32,000 bases of DNA from Erysipelotrichaceae bacterium (GTDB taxonomy: Bacteria; Bacillota_I; Bacilli_A; Erysipelotrichales; Erysipelotrichaceae): the NCBI GenBank assembly GCA_963676105.1, contig OY781039.1, positions 990,001 to 1,022,000 on the forward strand. The letters run 5' to 3'. This document shows positions 1 to 9,863 of this stretch, one piece after another. The first letter of the stretch is position 1, and the number at the start of each line of letters is the position of its first letter. Below the pieces are notes generated by a model. It was not told the DNA's origin, ran no database searches, and saw nothing but the letters and a program-made list of their open reading frames with translations. The position numbers and the translations under genes are program-made.

Positions 1-988
1 ACATGGTCGATTGTTTATTTAGATATCGTTTTTAATGATTTGCCTTTAGGGATAGATCGTCTTATCAAACTATTATGTCGCTCATTAGTGCCTCGTTCCC
101 AAGAAGAATAGGAATGAGCGAAGTAGACATCGCTTAAGTCATTTATCATTTCAGTTAATCCTGCAAACTCGGAACCATTATCACTGGTAATCGATTTGAA
201 GATCTGTGGAAGATGTGGATGACTTTGATTTAGTTGTTTAGCTCCTTCATTAACAGCTTCTTCATATTTGCCTTTAATCTTAAGAATGATTTGATAACGA
301 GTTAGTCTTTCAGTCATGGTAAGCAAAACCGATTCATCCTTTTTCTTCTTTCCGATGACTGTATCAATCTCCAAATATCCAAAGGTGCTTCGATTATTGA
401 TCGCTTGAGGTCTTAAATCGATTGATTGACCTACTACTCTACGATGATCTCTAACTTTCTTAGATTTGGTCTTACGTCGAAGTTTTAACCATAGATTTAG
501 ATTATTCAATTCTTTGATTAAACCTCTATCAATATAGTTGTATAGGGTCTTAGCACAGACTGTTTCAGTTTGATCAAATAAACCTTCTTTTAAAGCTTGC
601 CCAACAACATTATCAGGTGATCATTTATCAACACTTATCTTTTGAGTAGCGTAACCGATGAAAGCTTGTACTTTGGCCAGCTTTGGCTGTGGTCTACACT
701 TCCAACGATATTTCTCATAAAGAATTGGCCAGTCTCTGCATAGTAGTTCTCAGAATAATAAGTATAACCATTCACAATCTTCTTTTGTATCGCTAATCTA
801 CGTTTGATTTCATCATTAATCGTTGAGTGACTCCGCTTGAGATTTATAGCAATTCGTCGTTTTGAATAGCCTAATCGTTTCTGTGTTTGAATTTCAATTC
901 GTTCAGACAAACTTAAATGTTGTCCTTTAGTTCTAGTCGTTATATCATTGTGTTTCATCATCCATAAGCCCTTTCTCATGTGTTTCAC
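1..988 (-). mobile_element. IS30-family element remnant; transposase pseudogene (frameshift plus two in-frame stops), truncated by the window edge
   Basis: ORFs 635..988 and 15..509 together read as an IS30-type transposase. Seen: N-terminal HTH (LSLSERIEIQ..GYSKRRIAINLKRSHSTINDEIKR) and DDE contexts (EIDTVIG, ITSDNGSEF, SYSSWERGTNERHN). Continuity needs a frame change near 715-730 (..YYAETGQ / LYEKYRWKCRPQPKL..). It also needs read-through of TGA at 621-623 (VDK*SPD, the family WSP motif) and of TAA at 15-17. The likely original start is ATGATG at about 961, after GAAAGGG. Confidence 0.85.
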
Positions 989-1157
989 AACTTAATGAAA
1001 CTAGGATTCTTATGAATGGTGCTTTTTTTTTTTTAATGGGTGGACGACTTCATTTTACAATCGAGGGTTTTTAATAATAATTAAACTGATAGTATGAATA
1101 CAATAAAAAGTGAAGCTATTAACGCTCCACTTTGTAATTCTATCTATTCGAAGTTAA

Positions 1158-2585
1158 TTAAGATGCAATCCAAACAAGGTAATTTTGTTCAGGATCAGTA
1201 TCATCAATATCCCAATAACCATCACCATTGTCATTTTCTTCTTCATAAACACCTAGCATTACAATACCATTTAGATGTTCTGGATCACCACTTGGATAGA
1301 CATCTGTGTATCCATCAACTGTTGAATCTTCGTTGTCAAATAAAATCATTGTATGCGTTGGAACAGGGTCTGTTAAATATGAATAGCTATTAAAATCACC
1401 ACCTGTAATAGTAAAGATGTTGTCAACATAAGTACCTAAATAAACTTCATATTGGCTACTATTAACAGCATCGTCACCACTGTTATTAAAAGTATCGATA
1501 ACAGGGATTTGATCGTCAGCTCCACTAAATTCAACAACTGTTAAACCAGTAACTCGATAAGGTGAGACTAATTGAGTATTACTCCAACTTACATTTTCAG
1601 TACCTGAACCAAACGGATCGTCAAAACCATCCCCATCAACATCCAACGTTAATGGTGTTGTGTTTATTGTGCTACCACCACCAACTATAACTGCAGGTTC
1701 TTCAACAACTACAACTGGTGCTGGTGCCACATAGACTTGTCGTACAATTTGTACTCGATAAGCTGTTAAAGCTGTAGTATAGGATCCTGCCATTGCACCA
1801 TCATAAGCCCAGTCCCACCATACACCATCTACTTGTGGTTGAATACCGACATGATAAGAACTTAAACCAACTAATCGGGCTTCTAAACCTGTAATCACAT
1901 CCCCTGAACGCTCTGATCCTACAACAGCCATATTACTTGACCACTCAGACCAGCCACTATTCATAAAGTGTGCTCTATATTCAATTAAATCTTCAGTATC
2001 TGATGAAATTAATCCCATTTGTACGGTATAGATTAACCCCGAACCTTGTGTTTCTCGATTGTGGCGAATACTTTGTACAGTTCCACCAACATTTGAGATG
2101 TACTCTACACCTACTTCATCCACTTGTACTCTAAAGCCTGTAATAGGATTAGCTGAATCAAGGGTTCCTGATGTACCACCATTTTCTGTCCAATTACTCC
2201 AACCTAATCCTTGTCGATAGGTTTGATAATACACATTCGCATGTGGGAAATCCTTCAATTGGATTTCTAAACCTAGAATTGCTTCATTATTGTTTGAAGC
2301 AGTTTGCCAACTACTAAACCATGTTGACCAACCTGAAGCTGTATAGACTCGATATTCAATCCCTGATTCATACGGCGAATCAATTAAGTGGATTTCTAAT
2401 GAGTCTAAAGCTGCTCCGTTTTCTGTTCCAGCTAAAGCTCCGCCATAAGCAAAGTCACCTAAGACATGGCTAACACCTGCCTGATAACCAACTTGAACTT
2501 GAAAGTAGTCTGTTGCGCTAACAGGGACTAATGCGAATGATAGTAATACTACTGCAATAAACGTTTTAAAAATTTTACTAAACAT
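1158..2585 (-). CDS. Secreted ChW-repeat protein with a C-terminal DxDxDG-containing domain
   Basis: Signal peptide MFSKIFKTFIAVVLLSFALVPVSA. About six ChW-like repeats (IEYRVYTASGWSTW.., YRQGLGWSNW.., IEYRAHFMNSGWSEW.., VDGVWWDW..). An APAPVVVV linker precedes a C-terminal domain with DVDGDGFDD. SD AGGAGG lies upstream of the ATG, and TGTTATAAT is an extended -10 on the minus strand near 2626-2636. Confidence 0.8.
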   Translation of the reverse strand: MFSKIFKTFIAVVLLSFALVPVSATDYFQVQVGYQAGVSHVLGDFAYGGALAGTENGAALDSLEIHLIDSPYESGIEYRVYTASGWSTWFSSWQTASNNNEAILGLEIQLKDFPHANVYYQTYRQGLGWSNWTENGGTSGTLDSANPITGFRVQVDEVGVEYISNVGGTVQSIRHNRETQGSGLIYTVQMGLISSDTEDLIEYRAHFMNSGWSEWSSNMAVVGSERSGDVITGLEARLVGLSSYHVGIQPQVDGVWWDWAYDGAMAGSYTTALTAYRVQIVRQVYVAPAPVVVVEEPAVIVGGGSTINTTPLTLDVDGDGFDDPFGSGTENVSWSNTQLVSPYRVTGLTVVEFSGADDQIPVIDTFNNSGDDAVNSSQYEVYLGTYVDNIFTITGGDFNSYSYLTDPVPTHTMILFDNEDSTVDGYTDVYPSGDPEHLNGIVMLGVYEEENDNGDGYWDIDDTDPEQNYLVWIAS

Positions 2586-2721
2586 CTTTCTTCCTCCTAT
2601 AAAAAGGTTAATTAATCTATATTAATCATTATAACAAATTTATATATGTTGTTAGACTTAATTATTATATTATTTTGGGTATATTTATAGAATATTTCTT
2701 ATTTCACAACTATTAAATAAA

Positions 2722-2747
2722 AATCCTAGCCTTTTTTGACTAGGATT
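2722..2747. terminator. Bidirectional intrinsic terminator after the permease gene
   Basis: Stem aatcctag (2722-2729) pairs with ctaggatt (2740-2747). It is flanked by an A-run and a T-run. Confidence 0.7.
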
Positions 2748-2752
2748 ATTTT

Positions 2753-5263
2753 TTATTCAATGGCTTTTAGTGATTCAACCAGCTCTATCTTTTTAAGTTT
2801 TCTAGATAGTATTCGATTCGTAATAAAGGTAAAGATAAATGATAATAGTACAGCTAACCCTAACATCATCGGACTTATCTTAGAATTAAGTACAAACTCT
2901 GAAGTTGATTCTAAGTAAGCAATTAACTTAAATAAGAGTGATCCTAGTGGTAAACCGCCAATAACACCTAAAATCCAAAGCAAATAGTTTTCAGTATATA
3001 TTAAATGCCCAACTTCTTTTAAGTTATAGCCTAGTACTCTAAGGGTTGCGAGTTCTCGTCGCCTTTCAAAGATATTAATAGATGCTAAGTTATAGATAAC
3101 AGTAATAGATAAAACTACTGAACCTAGAAGAATAATATAAACAATACGCATTAACATTCCCAACATCTCATTGGCATTGGCTTCAAATTGCGACTTTGAG
3201 TCAACACTCATAATTTCTGAGTGAGCTAAAAGTGTTTGAACTTCACTTTCCTTTTCAGATGTTGCACTTTGTAAAACAAATGTATCATGACTGAATTCAA
3301 TACCTAGTCTTTGTGCATGATCTAAAGACATAATAATATCCTTACCCATATATTGATCGGTGATATTTGTGATTGTAAAAGTATAATCAAGATCATCCAC
3401 ACTTACATCGATTTCATCACCAACAGATAATGCATGTACTTCAGCTAAAAGTGAAGTCACCCAGATATCATTGGAGCCTAAATCAATTGGTGTATGACTC
3501 ACATCTTTAAAATCATAAAGTGTTGTATGTACTTCATAGAAACTTAGAATAATATTGTCTTCATTAAATGTTCCTGTGGTTTTAGAAGTTGCTTCAATAT
3601 CACTAATAAAGTTTGGTAAGACAAGTTCATCCTTAGATATGTCTTCTTCAAGTTTTATTGAATAATCAAAGTTATAAGTATCAACACTGGTAAAGATCAT
3701 CCCATTGGCAGCATTTCTAAAATTTAAACCCACTGTTAATAAGGCTATTGCCCCTATAATTCCCACTGACGAAAACAACATCTTAACTTTGGATACTTGA
3801 ATATTTCTTAGTATAAGTTTGATGGTATAAGGCAGTTTCTTCCATAAAGCAGGTATCTTTTCAAAGAAAGAATGACTGGTTTTCTTAGGAAGTTTCGGAC
3901 GCATACCTTGCGCTGGTATTTCTTTTAAGATTGGTCTTAAAGCCAATAAGGTTGCAGCCGAGGCGAAATACATCGCCACCGCAAAAGCCCCTAAGAAAAA
4001 GAGTGGTTGATAGGTAACTTCTATTTCTGGAAAACTAAAGCGTGTTTGAAAAATAGGAATTATCGCTTTGGGAATTACTATAGATCCTAGTATCGCAAAA
4101 GGAATTGAACCAAAAAGGACAGACCACCATGCTTGCCATAAATACGTTAATGCAATGGTTTTAGGTTGAACTCCCATCGCTTTAAATATCGCAATCTGCA
4201 TCCGCTCGTTTTGAACCGTTTTTGTCATGGTAATGAGAATGATAATCGCTGATACCGCAAAGAACATAAACGGGAATAAATAAGCCATAATGGTAATTGG
4301 TAATAAGATATTGAAAACTATCGCATAGGTAGGATAATCAGCTTTATCAATTCGTTTAATCAAAAACCCTTGTTCATCTAAATATGTTTCTAATTCATGA
4401 ATACTGTATTCATTGCCTACTACTAAAAGTTCTGGTGTTTTAGAAACTGTTTCATAGACAGTATTGATGGCTTCAGTTTTATTACTTAAAATTTCTTCTT
4501 TTGCGGCTTCCATTTTCTCAAGTGTTCCATCTAAGCGTTTCACTTGTGCTGATGGTAATGATTTTAAACGGAATGTTAGTTCATCAATATTTGCTTGTAT
4601 TTCAGATAAGGGTAGTTCAAATTGTTCATTGATTGAATTTATAGCTGTCATAGCCATATCAGAATGTTGAAGGATATCTTCAATAAGCGAATTTGTCACA
4701 TAAACAATCCCAAAACCTTTTTTATCTGATGCGATATCACTATAATCTTTTGATTTATAAGCAAACTCAGGACTATCTACCGTTCCTGCGATAACTAGAT
4801 CTTTAACTAAACCATTAATATTAAGTTCTATACTATCTCCAATAGCTAAGTTATTAGCTTCTACAAAGGATGTATCAACTAATACAGATTTATCATCAAT
4901 CACTAAAGATCCTTCTCTTAAATCATAGGTATTAATTGAACTTCTCTCAATAAAACGATAAGTCACCGTATGACCTGAAAGAGCTTGTTCTAAATCTATA
5001 TGTCGTCGTCCTTCAATCACTAAATCATTGAATTCTAATTGCATATCATGCACAGACTCATCATCCATCATTGAAACAACAAACCATGTATCCGCAATAT
5101 TATTAGAACCATAATAATCATCTAAAAAAGTGTTTAAAGACGTAATGGCGGTTAATAACCCCATAAACACCGTTGTCCCAATACCAATAATTATGACTAT
5201 CGATAAAAACTGTGAAAAGTTACTTTTAATACTTCTAAAAGAACGTCGTATCAAATACTTCAT
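2753..5263 (-). CDS. ABC transporter permease, duplicated FtsX/MacB-type (YbbP-like), with two large extracytoplasmic domains
   Basis: Two blocks of 4-5 TM helices each follow a long ectodomain. The first ectodomain has a coiled-coil-like stretch (INEQFELPLSEIQANIDELTFRLKSL..KMEAAKEEIL). The ATG at 5263 overlaps the ATPase stop (TAATG). The track start at 5269 is TTG. Confidence 0.85.
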   Translation of the reverse strand: MKYLIRRSFRSIKSNFSQFLSIVIIIGIGTTVFMGLLTAITSLNTFLDDYYGSNNIADTWFVVSMMDDESVHDMQLEFNDLVIEGRRHIDLEQALSGHTVTYRFIERSSINTYDLREGSLVIDDKSVLVDTSFVEANNLAIGDSIELNINGLVKDLVIAGTVDSPEFAYKSKDYSDIASDKKGFGIVYVTNSLIEDILQHSDMAMTAINSINEQFELPLSEIQANIDELTFRLKSLPSAQVKRLDGTLEKMEAAKEEILSNKTEAINTVYETVSKTPELLVVGNEYSIHELETYLDEQGFLIKRIDKADYPTYAIVFNILLPITIMAYLFPFMFFAVSAIIILITMTKTVQNERMQIAIFKAMGVQPKTIALTYLWQAWWSVLFGSIPFAILGSIVIPKAIIPIFQTRFSFPEIEVTYQPLFFLGAFAVAMYFASAATLLALRPILKEIPAQGMRPKLPKKTSHSFFEKIPALWKKLPYTIKLILRNIQVSKVKMLFSSVGIIGAIALLTVGLNFRNAANGMIFTSVDTYNFDYSIKLEEDISKDELVLPNFISDIEATSKTTGTFNEDNIILSFYEVHTTLYDFKDVSHTPIDLGSNDIWVTSLLAEVHALSVGDEIDVSVDDLDYTFTITNITDQYMGKDIIMSLDHAQRLGIEFSHDTFVLQSATSEKESEVQTLLAHSEIMSVDSKSQFEANANEMLGMLMRIVYIILLGSVVLSITVIYNLASINIFERRRELATLRVLGYNLKEVGHLIYTENYLLWILGVIGGLPLGSLLFKLIAYLESTSEFVLNSKISPMMLGLAVLLSFIFTFITNRILSRKLKKIELVESLKAIE

Positions 5264-5967
5264 TACCAAGTAATCTCCGTAATATCTTTGCCAACTCGAG
5301 CATACTGAATATCATCAATTAAACCATTACGGACATGTATAATTTTATTAGCCATTTGCGCAATCGCCACATTATGGGTAATCAATACAACCGTTGTCTT
5401 CATGTCTCTATTTAATGTTTGTAGTAATCCTAAAACAGAACGCCCTGTTTCATCATCCAAAGCCCCAGTTGGTTCATCACACAACAAAAGTAATGGATTC
5501 TTCGCAACAGCACGTGCAATCGCAACCCGTTGTTGTTCACCACCAGATAGTTGTGATGGAAAATTATTAGCACGATCTGTTAAACCTACTTTTTCTAATA
5601 CTTCTTTAGAATCTAAAGCTTGTTTTTTTACAGCTGAAGCAAACTCAACATTTTCTAGAGCTGTTAAATTTGTAATTAAATTATAGAACTGGAAAATAAA
5701 GCCCACTTTTTCTCGTCTAAAAAGCGTAAGTTTTTTATCATTATAGGAAGCAATATTCTCATCATTAACAATGATCTCACCTGATGTCACTTTATCCATA
5801 CCACCCAACAAATTCAAAATAGTGGATTTACCAGCTCCAGAAGCCCCTAAAATGACTACAAACTCACCTTCGTTAATCGTAAAATCAATTCCCTTTAAAG
5901 CCTCAATTTTTACTTCACCCACTTGGTAGTGCTTCTTAACATTTTTAAATTCTATTAATGATTTCAT
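5263..5967 (-). CDS. ABC transporter ATP-binding protein (MacB/LolD-like)
   Basis: Walker A GASGAGKST, signature LSGGEQQRVAIARA, Walker B LLLCDEPTGALD, H-loop ITHN. TATAAT lies on the minus strand at 6000..5995, with SD GAGGAA. Confidence 0.93.
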   Translation of the reverse strand: MKSLIEFKNVKKHYQVGEVKIEALKGIDFTINEGEFVVILGASGAGKSTILNLLGGMDKVTSGEIIVNDENIASYNDKKLTLFRREKVGFIFQFYNLITNLTALENVEFASAVKKQALDSKEVLEKVGLTDRANNFPSQLSGGEQQRVAIARAVAKNPLLLLCDEPTGALDDETGRSVLGLLQTLNRDMKTTVVLITHNVAIAQMANKIIHVRNGLIDDIQYARVGKDITEITW

Positions 5968-6012
5968 ATTTGATTCCTCTTCTACGACTTTTTTATTATA
6001 CGCCTTTAAAAA

Positions 6013-6031
6013 GGAAGCCTTAATAGCTTCC
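6013..6031 (-). terminator. Intrinsic terminator overlapping the stop of the 1225-aa gene
   Basis: On the minus strand ggaagc-tattaag-gcttcc is followed by TTTTTAAAGG. Confidence 0.5.
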
Positions 6032-9000
6032 TTCTAATTTATCTTCTTTTTTATCTTTTTTTCTTTTAAATAACCAATAAATGGCAGAAATAATCGCTAT
6101 ACCAATCGCAATCCCTAAGAATAAGACTTTAAGTGTTGCGCTTGCTGGATCGTCTTCTTTCTTAACACCTAGGACATAATAACTAAAGTGCTCTGTGAGA
6201 AAAACCATCGATTGATTAACAGGATCATAGACAGCCTTCATCGCTTGAATAGTTCCATCATCCGTATTATAGAAATACACTTCCATATTATTTGGATCAT
6301 ACTCACCATCAAGCTGATTTAAACCAATACCAACTTTGATCTTTCCACCTAATTCATGAACTGGTTCTTCTCTACCATCTGACCACACTTGGAAAAGTAG
6401 GTAGTCATAAGCAGCTACAATTTCCATATCTTCACCACTTAATAACTCTTCATTAATTTCGGCTTCTGCTTCAATAATTTGTGGTTGTACTTTAAGTGTT
6501 AAATATGCTCCATCTTCATGAGTATTGGAAATAATGTTATCTACCATTGAAACAGGAATGACAAACTGTACACTTCCCATTACGACTAAGATATTATCAT
6601 TGGCATCTAATCCCATTAAATCTTTTTGTGTTATTTGAATACCATATTGATCAGGATTATCATCTTGCACTTCACCAATATATGTGCGTTTAGGTGTTGC
6701 ATCAGGTTGAATTCCTGTTACATCCATTGATTTACTTGAATCATCAGGATAAGCATCACGAACATCAGGGACTCCATCATTATCAGTATCACTCAGTTGA
6801 GGTTTAAAGTTAATAGTATTTGAGCTTAGAGTATATTCACCATTTGAAACAGTTACTTTGATTGAATAGTTATCGTAAGCTTGCAAACCACTTAAATCAA
6901 TATTCAAATCTGAGCCAAATGATCCGACAACCGTTTCACCTGTTGTTAAATTTGTTAATTCGTAAGTATATGAATTAATCACAGGATATCCTTTATCTAT
7001 AACAGATAAATTTAATTGTGCGCCTTCAACATCAATACTGTCGATACTTAATTCACCAATCACTGGTGACTTATGTGTTCTTTCCCAAGATGCAACAATA
7101 TTCAATGAACCTGTTGTACCACGAGCGACCCAGTTTTGGTTAACACCATTAATTGTCCATCCTGTAAATGTATAGTCAGTTCTTGTTGGGTTGTTTAAAG
7201 TAAATCCATCTTCGATGGTATAACTCGTAGGATTTGAGGCATAACCACCACCCAAATCATAGGTAATACCATAAGATACAGTGTTCCATTTCGCATAAAT
7301 CGTTGTATTTTCACCTGGCATCACATCAAACTCATATACACCAGATAAACTTGAATCACTGCTCCAATAAGCAAAGGTATAACCTGTTCGACTTGGAGAT
7401 GATGGCGCGGTTATATCAGTTCCTGCATTTTGTGCGAGCGGTGAAACATATGATCCACCATTTGTATCAAAACTCATGGTATAAGCACCAACAACCCACT
7501 TAGCATATAAAGTAATATCGCTAGTACCCATCGTTGTATTATCAAAATCAAATTCATTCAAGAATGTTTCATCATCCGTATACCAACCATCAAAGGCATT
7601 TCCATATTTTGTAGGCGTTGTAGGAGGAGTAATTAAATCACCAAAATCCACATCAGCATTCGTAATATCATTTCCACCATTGGTGTTATAAATCACTTGA
7701 TTATATTGCGTTTCTGGATAACGTGCGACAATACTTCCACTATCAGCCGCATGGGTTAAAGAAGTTGTTCCACTTAATGTAAATGTGTTAGCCTCAATAC
7801 CTAATAAGTTATATCCTGATTTAGCGCTAACTGTAATATTGGCAGTATATATGGTTCCTGCATGGAATTTACCATCTGTTTCAGCAGGCAACCATGACAC
7901 CGTTGCAGTATAAGTATCACCACTAAAACTTGTGGTTTGTGTAGCCCCAGTCACTGGAACCGCAACACCTGATAGAGAAGTTGAAACAGTCCCAATGGTT
8001 GTAAAACTTACTTCATCGCCATAAGTTGTTCCATAGCTATTGATTGCATACGATCTAACATAATAAGTTGTATGCTCACTTAAACCTGTGACGTCTTCAC
8101 TAAATGTACTAAGTCCATTGGTTTCACCAAAATCATTAACAACCTTAGTACCACTATCCGTTGTTGGTCCAGTAGAGGTTGCATATACAAAACCTCTCTC
8201 TGTAATTGGTGCTGTATCTTCTGAATTATTACTTGTAACTTCACCTGAGAATGTAGCAGTTGTTTTATCATAAGTACTCACACTATTTGTAGGTTCTACT
8301 ATTGGTGCGCCATAAGCTACTAAGGTTAAGGTAGCTGATGAAATACTCGAATATTCATAAAAGTCATCACTAGTGTCACTAGGTGTTCCATTATCGTTAA
8401 CATATTTTGTTACTAGATAGACTGTGTATACACCACCTTGAGTTAATCCAGATAAACTAAAATCATGTGCCACATCAGCAGTTAATGATGCTGTACCATT
8501 TAAAGCAATGGTTGCACCTGTATAATCAACACCTGCCGCAATTTGATCTTCAGTTGGTGCCGTTGACCCTTCAGGAACAACAATATAATATGCAGTCGCA
8601 TCAACACTTGATGTCACAGAAAAATTTGCAGAATGATAATCAATATTTGTAAATGATGCTGCAGCAACAGATTGAATTGATGCAAGGGAACTAGATGCAT
8701 TTGGATCAAGCGAAGAATAAAAAACAATTGTTTCCGATGCTCCAGCAGCTAATGTGCCAATATCAAATGTAATTGCAATTCCATTATCATCATGGGCATA
8801 ACCATTATAATCCCCCGTTAAATCGGAAGATGTAAGTACATAGTTCTCTTCAATAACTGTATTTGGAACAGATGAATCATCCACCCAAAGCCCATTCATA
8901 TATGCATCACTAGGGTCAAATGCAACAAAAGCGGATGCCCTCGCTCTATCATCAAAAGAAATGAAAAAATATGGTTCTAGTGTTTCATCACCTCTTGCAA

Positions 9001-9697
9001 CTACCATAGCTGTTTGATTTCCACTGACACCCGTATTAGGATTGGAAATAACCTTTGCATAGGAAGCATAAGAACCATTTAAATCTTTATCTTGGTCTGG
9101 GTCAAATGATCTAACATATCTAACATTATCTACTGCAACTGAAGATAGATTTTCTATCGTAACAGTAGTCACAAAAAATTTATCATCGGTAGTAAAACTT
9201 ACGACTTGTGTCATTTTTATATTTTCTTTTGTAACCCCAGTCGTGACTGCTCTCATCAAACCATTTGCTGTATCAGAATCATCTACTGTAGAAAGTGCTG
9301 TAATTGGAGAATTCCAATTTTCTCCATTTCTTTCAGCAGCAATATTATTATATGCAGAACCGTCAATTTTATAGGCTAAGATAAATCTCTCTTCTGGTGT
9401 TCCAGGCAAGAAAAAATCACCAGTTGTTGGATCATTCCCATTATCCCATCCATCACCATCAACTGTAAGACCGACATTTGAACGACTAATTGCATGAAAA
9501 CCATCAGGTGCAGAATTATTTGTTCCAAAGGACCCTAAACTTGATACACCTACTTCAATGTATGTACCACCTAAGAAAACATCTCCACCAACAGTAACAG
9601 CACGTGCACCTGTTGCTGCATTAACATCAGTTAAACTAATACTCCATTGTGACAATAGAATTAATAACGCAATTAATAACTTTCCGATTCTACTCAT
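6020..9697 (-). CDS. Large tail-anchored surface protein (adhesin-like) with Listeria-Bacteroides repeats and a TSP3-like Ca-binding motif
   Basis: Signal peptide MSRIGKLLIALLILLSQWSISLTDVNA. Three repeats of the type ..NGG..(G)..F.GW(Y/T)....LYAKW (YNTNGGND..FDGWYTDD..LYAKW; FDTNGGSY..GYTFAYW..IYAKW; YDLGGGYA..YTFTGW). Fn3/Ig-like Thr/Ser-rich modules and DTDNDGVPDVRDAYPDD are present. The C-terminal TM (LFLGIAIGIAIISAIYWLF) carries a KRKKDKKEDK tail. There is no LPXTG. Confidence 0.85.
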   Translation of the reverse strand: MSRIGKLLIALLILLSQWSISLTDVNAATGARAVTVGGDVFLGGTYIEVGVSSLGSFGTNNSAPDGFHAISRSNVGLTVDGDGWDNGNDPTTGDFFLPGTPEERFILAYKIDGSAYNNIAAERNGENWNSPITALSTVDDSDTANGLMRAVTTGVTKENIKMTQVVSFTTDDKFFVTTVTIENLSSVAVDNVRYVRSFDPDQDKDLNGSYASYAKVISNPNTGVSGNQTAMVVARGDETLEPYFFISFDDRARASAFVAFDPSDAYMNGLWVDDSSVPNTVIEENYVLTSSDLTGDYNGYAHDDNGIAITFDIGTLAAGASETIVFYSSLDPNASSSLASIQSVAAASFTNIDYHSANFSVTSSVDATAYYIVVPEGSTAPTEDQIAAGVDYTGATIALNGTASLTADVAHDFSLSGLTQGGVYTVYLVTKYVNDNGTPSDTSDDFYEYSSISSATLTLVAYGAPIVEPTNSVSTYDKTTATFSGEVTSNNSEDTAPITERGFVYATSTGPTTDSGTKVVNDFGETNGLSTFSEDVTGLSEHTTYYVRSYAINSYGTTYGDEVSFTTIGTVSTSLSGVAVPVTGATQTTSFSGDTYTATVSWLPAETDGKFHAGTIYTANITVSAKSGYNLLGIEANTFTLSGTTSLTHAADSGSIVARYPETQYNQVIYNTNGGNDITNADVDFGDLITPPTTPTKYGNAFDGWYTDDETFLNEFDFDNTTMGTSDITLYAKWVVGAYTMSFDTNGGSYVSPLAQNAGTDITAPSSPSRTGYTFAYWSSDSSLSGVYEFDVMPGENTTIYAKWNTVSYGITYDLGGGYASNPTSYTIEDGFTLNNPTRTDYTFTGWTINGVNQNWVARGTTGSLNIVASWERTHKSPVIGELSIDSIDVEGAQLNLSVIDKGYPVINSYTYELTNLTTGETVVGSFGSDLNIDLSGLQAYDNYSIKVTVSNGEYTLSSNTINFKPQLSDTDNDGVPDVRDAYPDDSSKSMDVTGIQPDATPKRTYIGEVQDDNPDQYGIQITQKDLMGLDANDNILVVMGSVQFVIPVSMVDNIISNTHEDGAYLTLKVQPQIIEAEAEINEELLSGEDMEIVAAYDYLLFQVWSDGREEPVHELGGKIKVGIGLNQLDGEYDPNNMEVYFYNTDDGTIQAMKAVYDPVNQSMVFLTEHFSYYVLGVKKEDDPASATLKVLFLGIAIGIAIISAIYWLFKRKKDKKEDKLEGSY

Positions 9698-9820
9698 ATT
9701 AAACCCCTTTTATACATATATATCTATTATTATATAAATAGAAAGTCATTTAAAGGCTTTTATGTCTTTTATAAAAATGTATAAACGTAATTATGTTTAA
9801 TTTATACTAATATAAATAAA

Positions 9821-9840
9821 AAAGTATCCGTAGATACTTT
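9821..9840 (-). terminator. Intrinsic terminator after the isomerase gene
   Basis: Minus strand aaagtatc-UACG-gatacttt is followed by TTTTATTT. The loop is of the cUNCGg tetraloop type. Confidence 0.7.
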
Positions 9841-9863
9841 TCATACTTTAAGTTTAGTTTTGC

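Noticed and set aside
1023-1034. T12 homopolymer (A12 on the transposase strand) as a phase-variation switch
   Set aside because: It lies in the 5' region of a dead IS element, about 60 nt upstream of its start. No intact downstream gene would be switched. It is noted only as a slippage-prone tract.
1094-1393. 99-aa plus-strand ORF overlapping the 3' end of the ChW gene
   Set aside because: It is antisense to a well-supported CDS with a signal peptide and repeats. It is low-complexity His/Leu-rich, with no SD.
4464-9000. Short ORFs inside large genes (4464..4670, 5402..5686, 7303..7503, 8080..8273, 8467..8652 and others)
   Set aside because: These are shadow ORFs within or antisense to the permease, ATPase and adhesin genes. 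They have no independent signals.
6020-9697. Sortase (LPXTG) anchoring of the large surface protein
   Set aside because: No LPXTG-like motif precedes the C-terminal TM. The sequence before it is ..DDPASATLKVLFLG..
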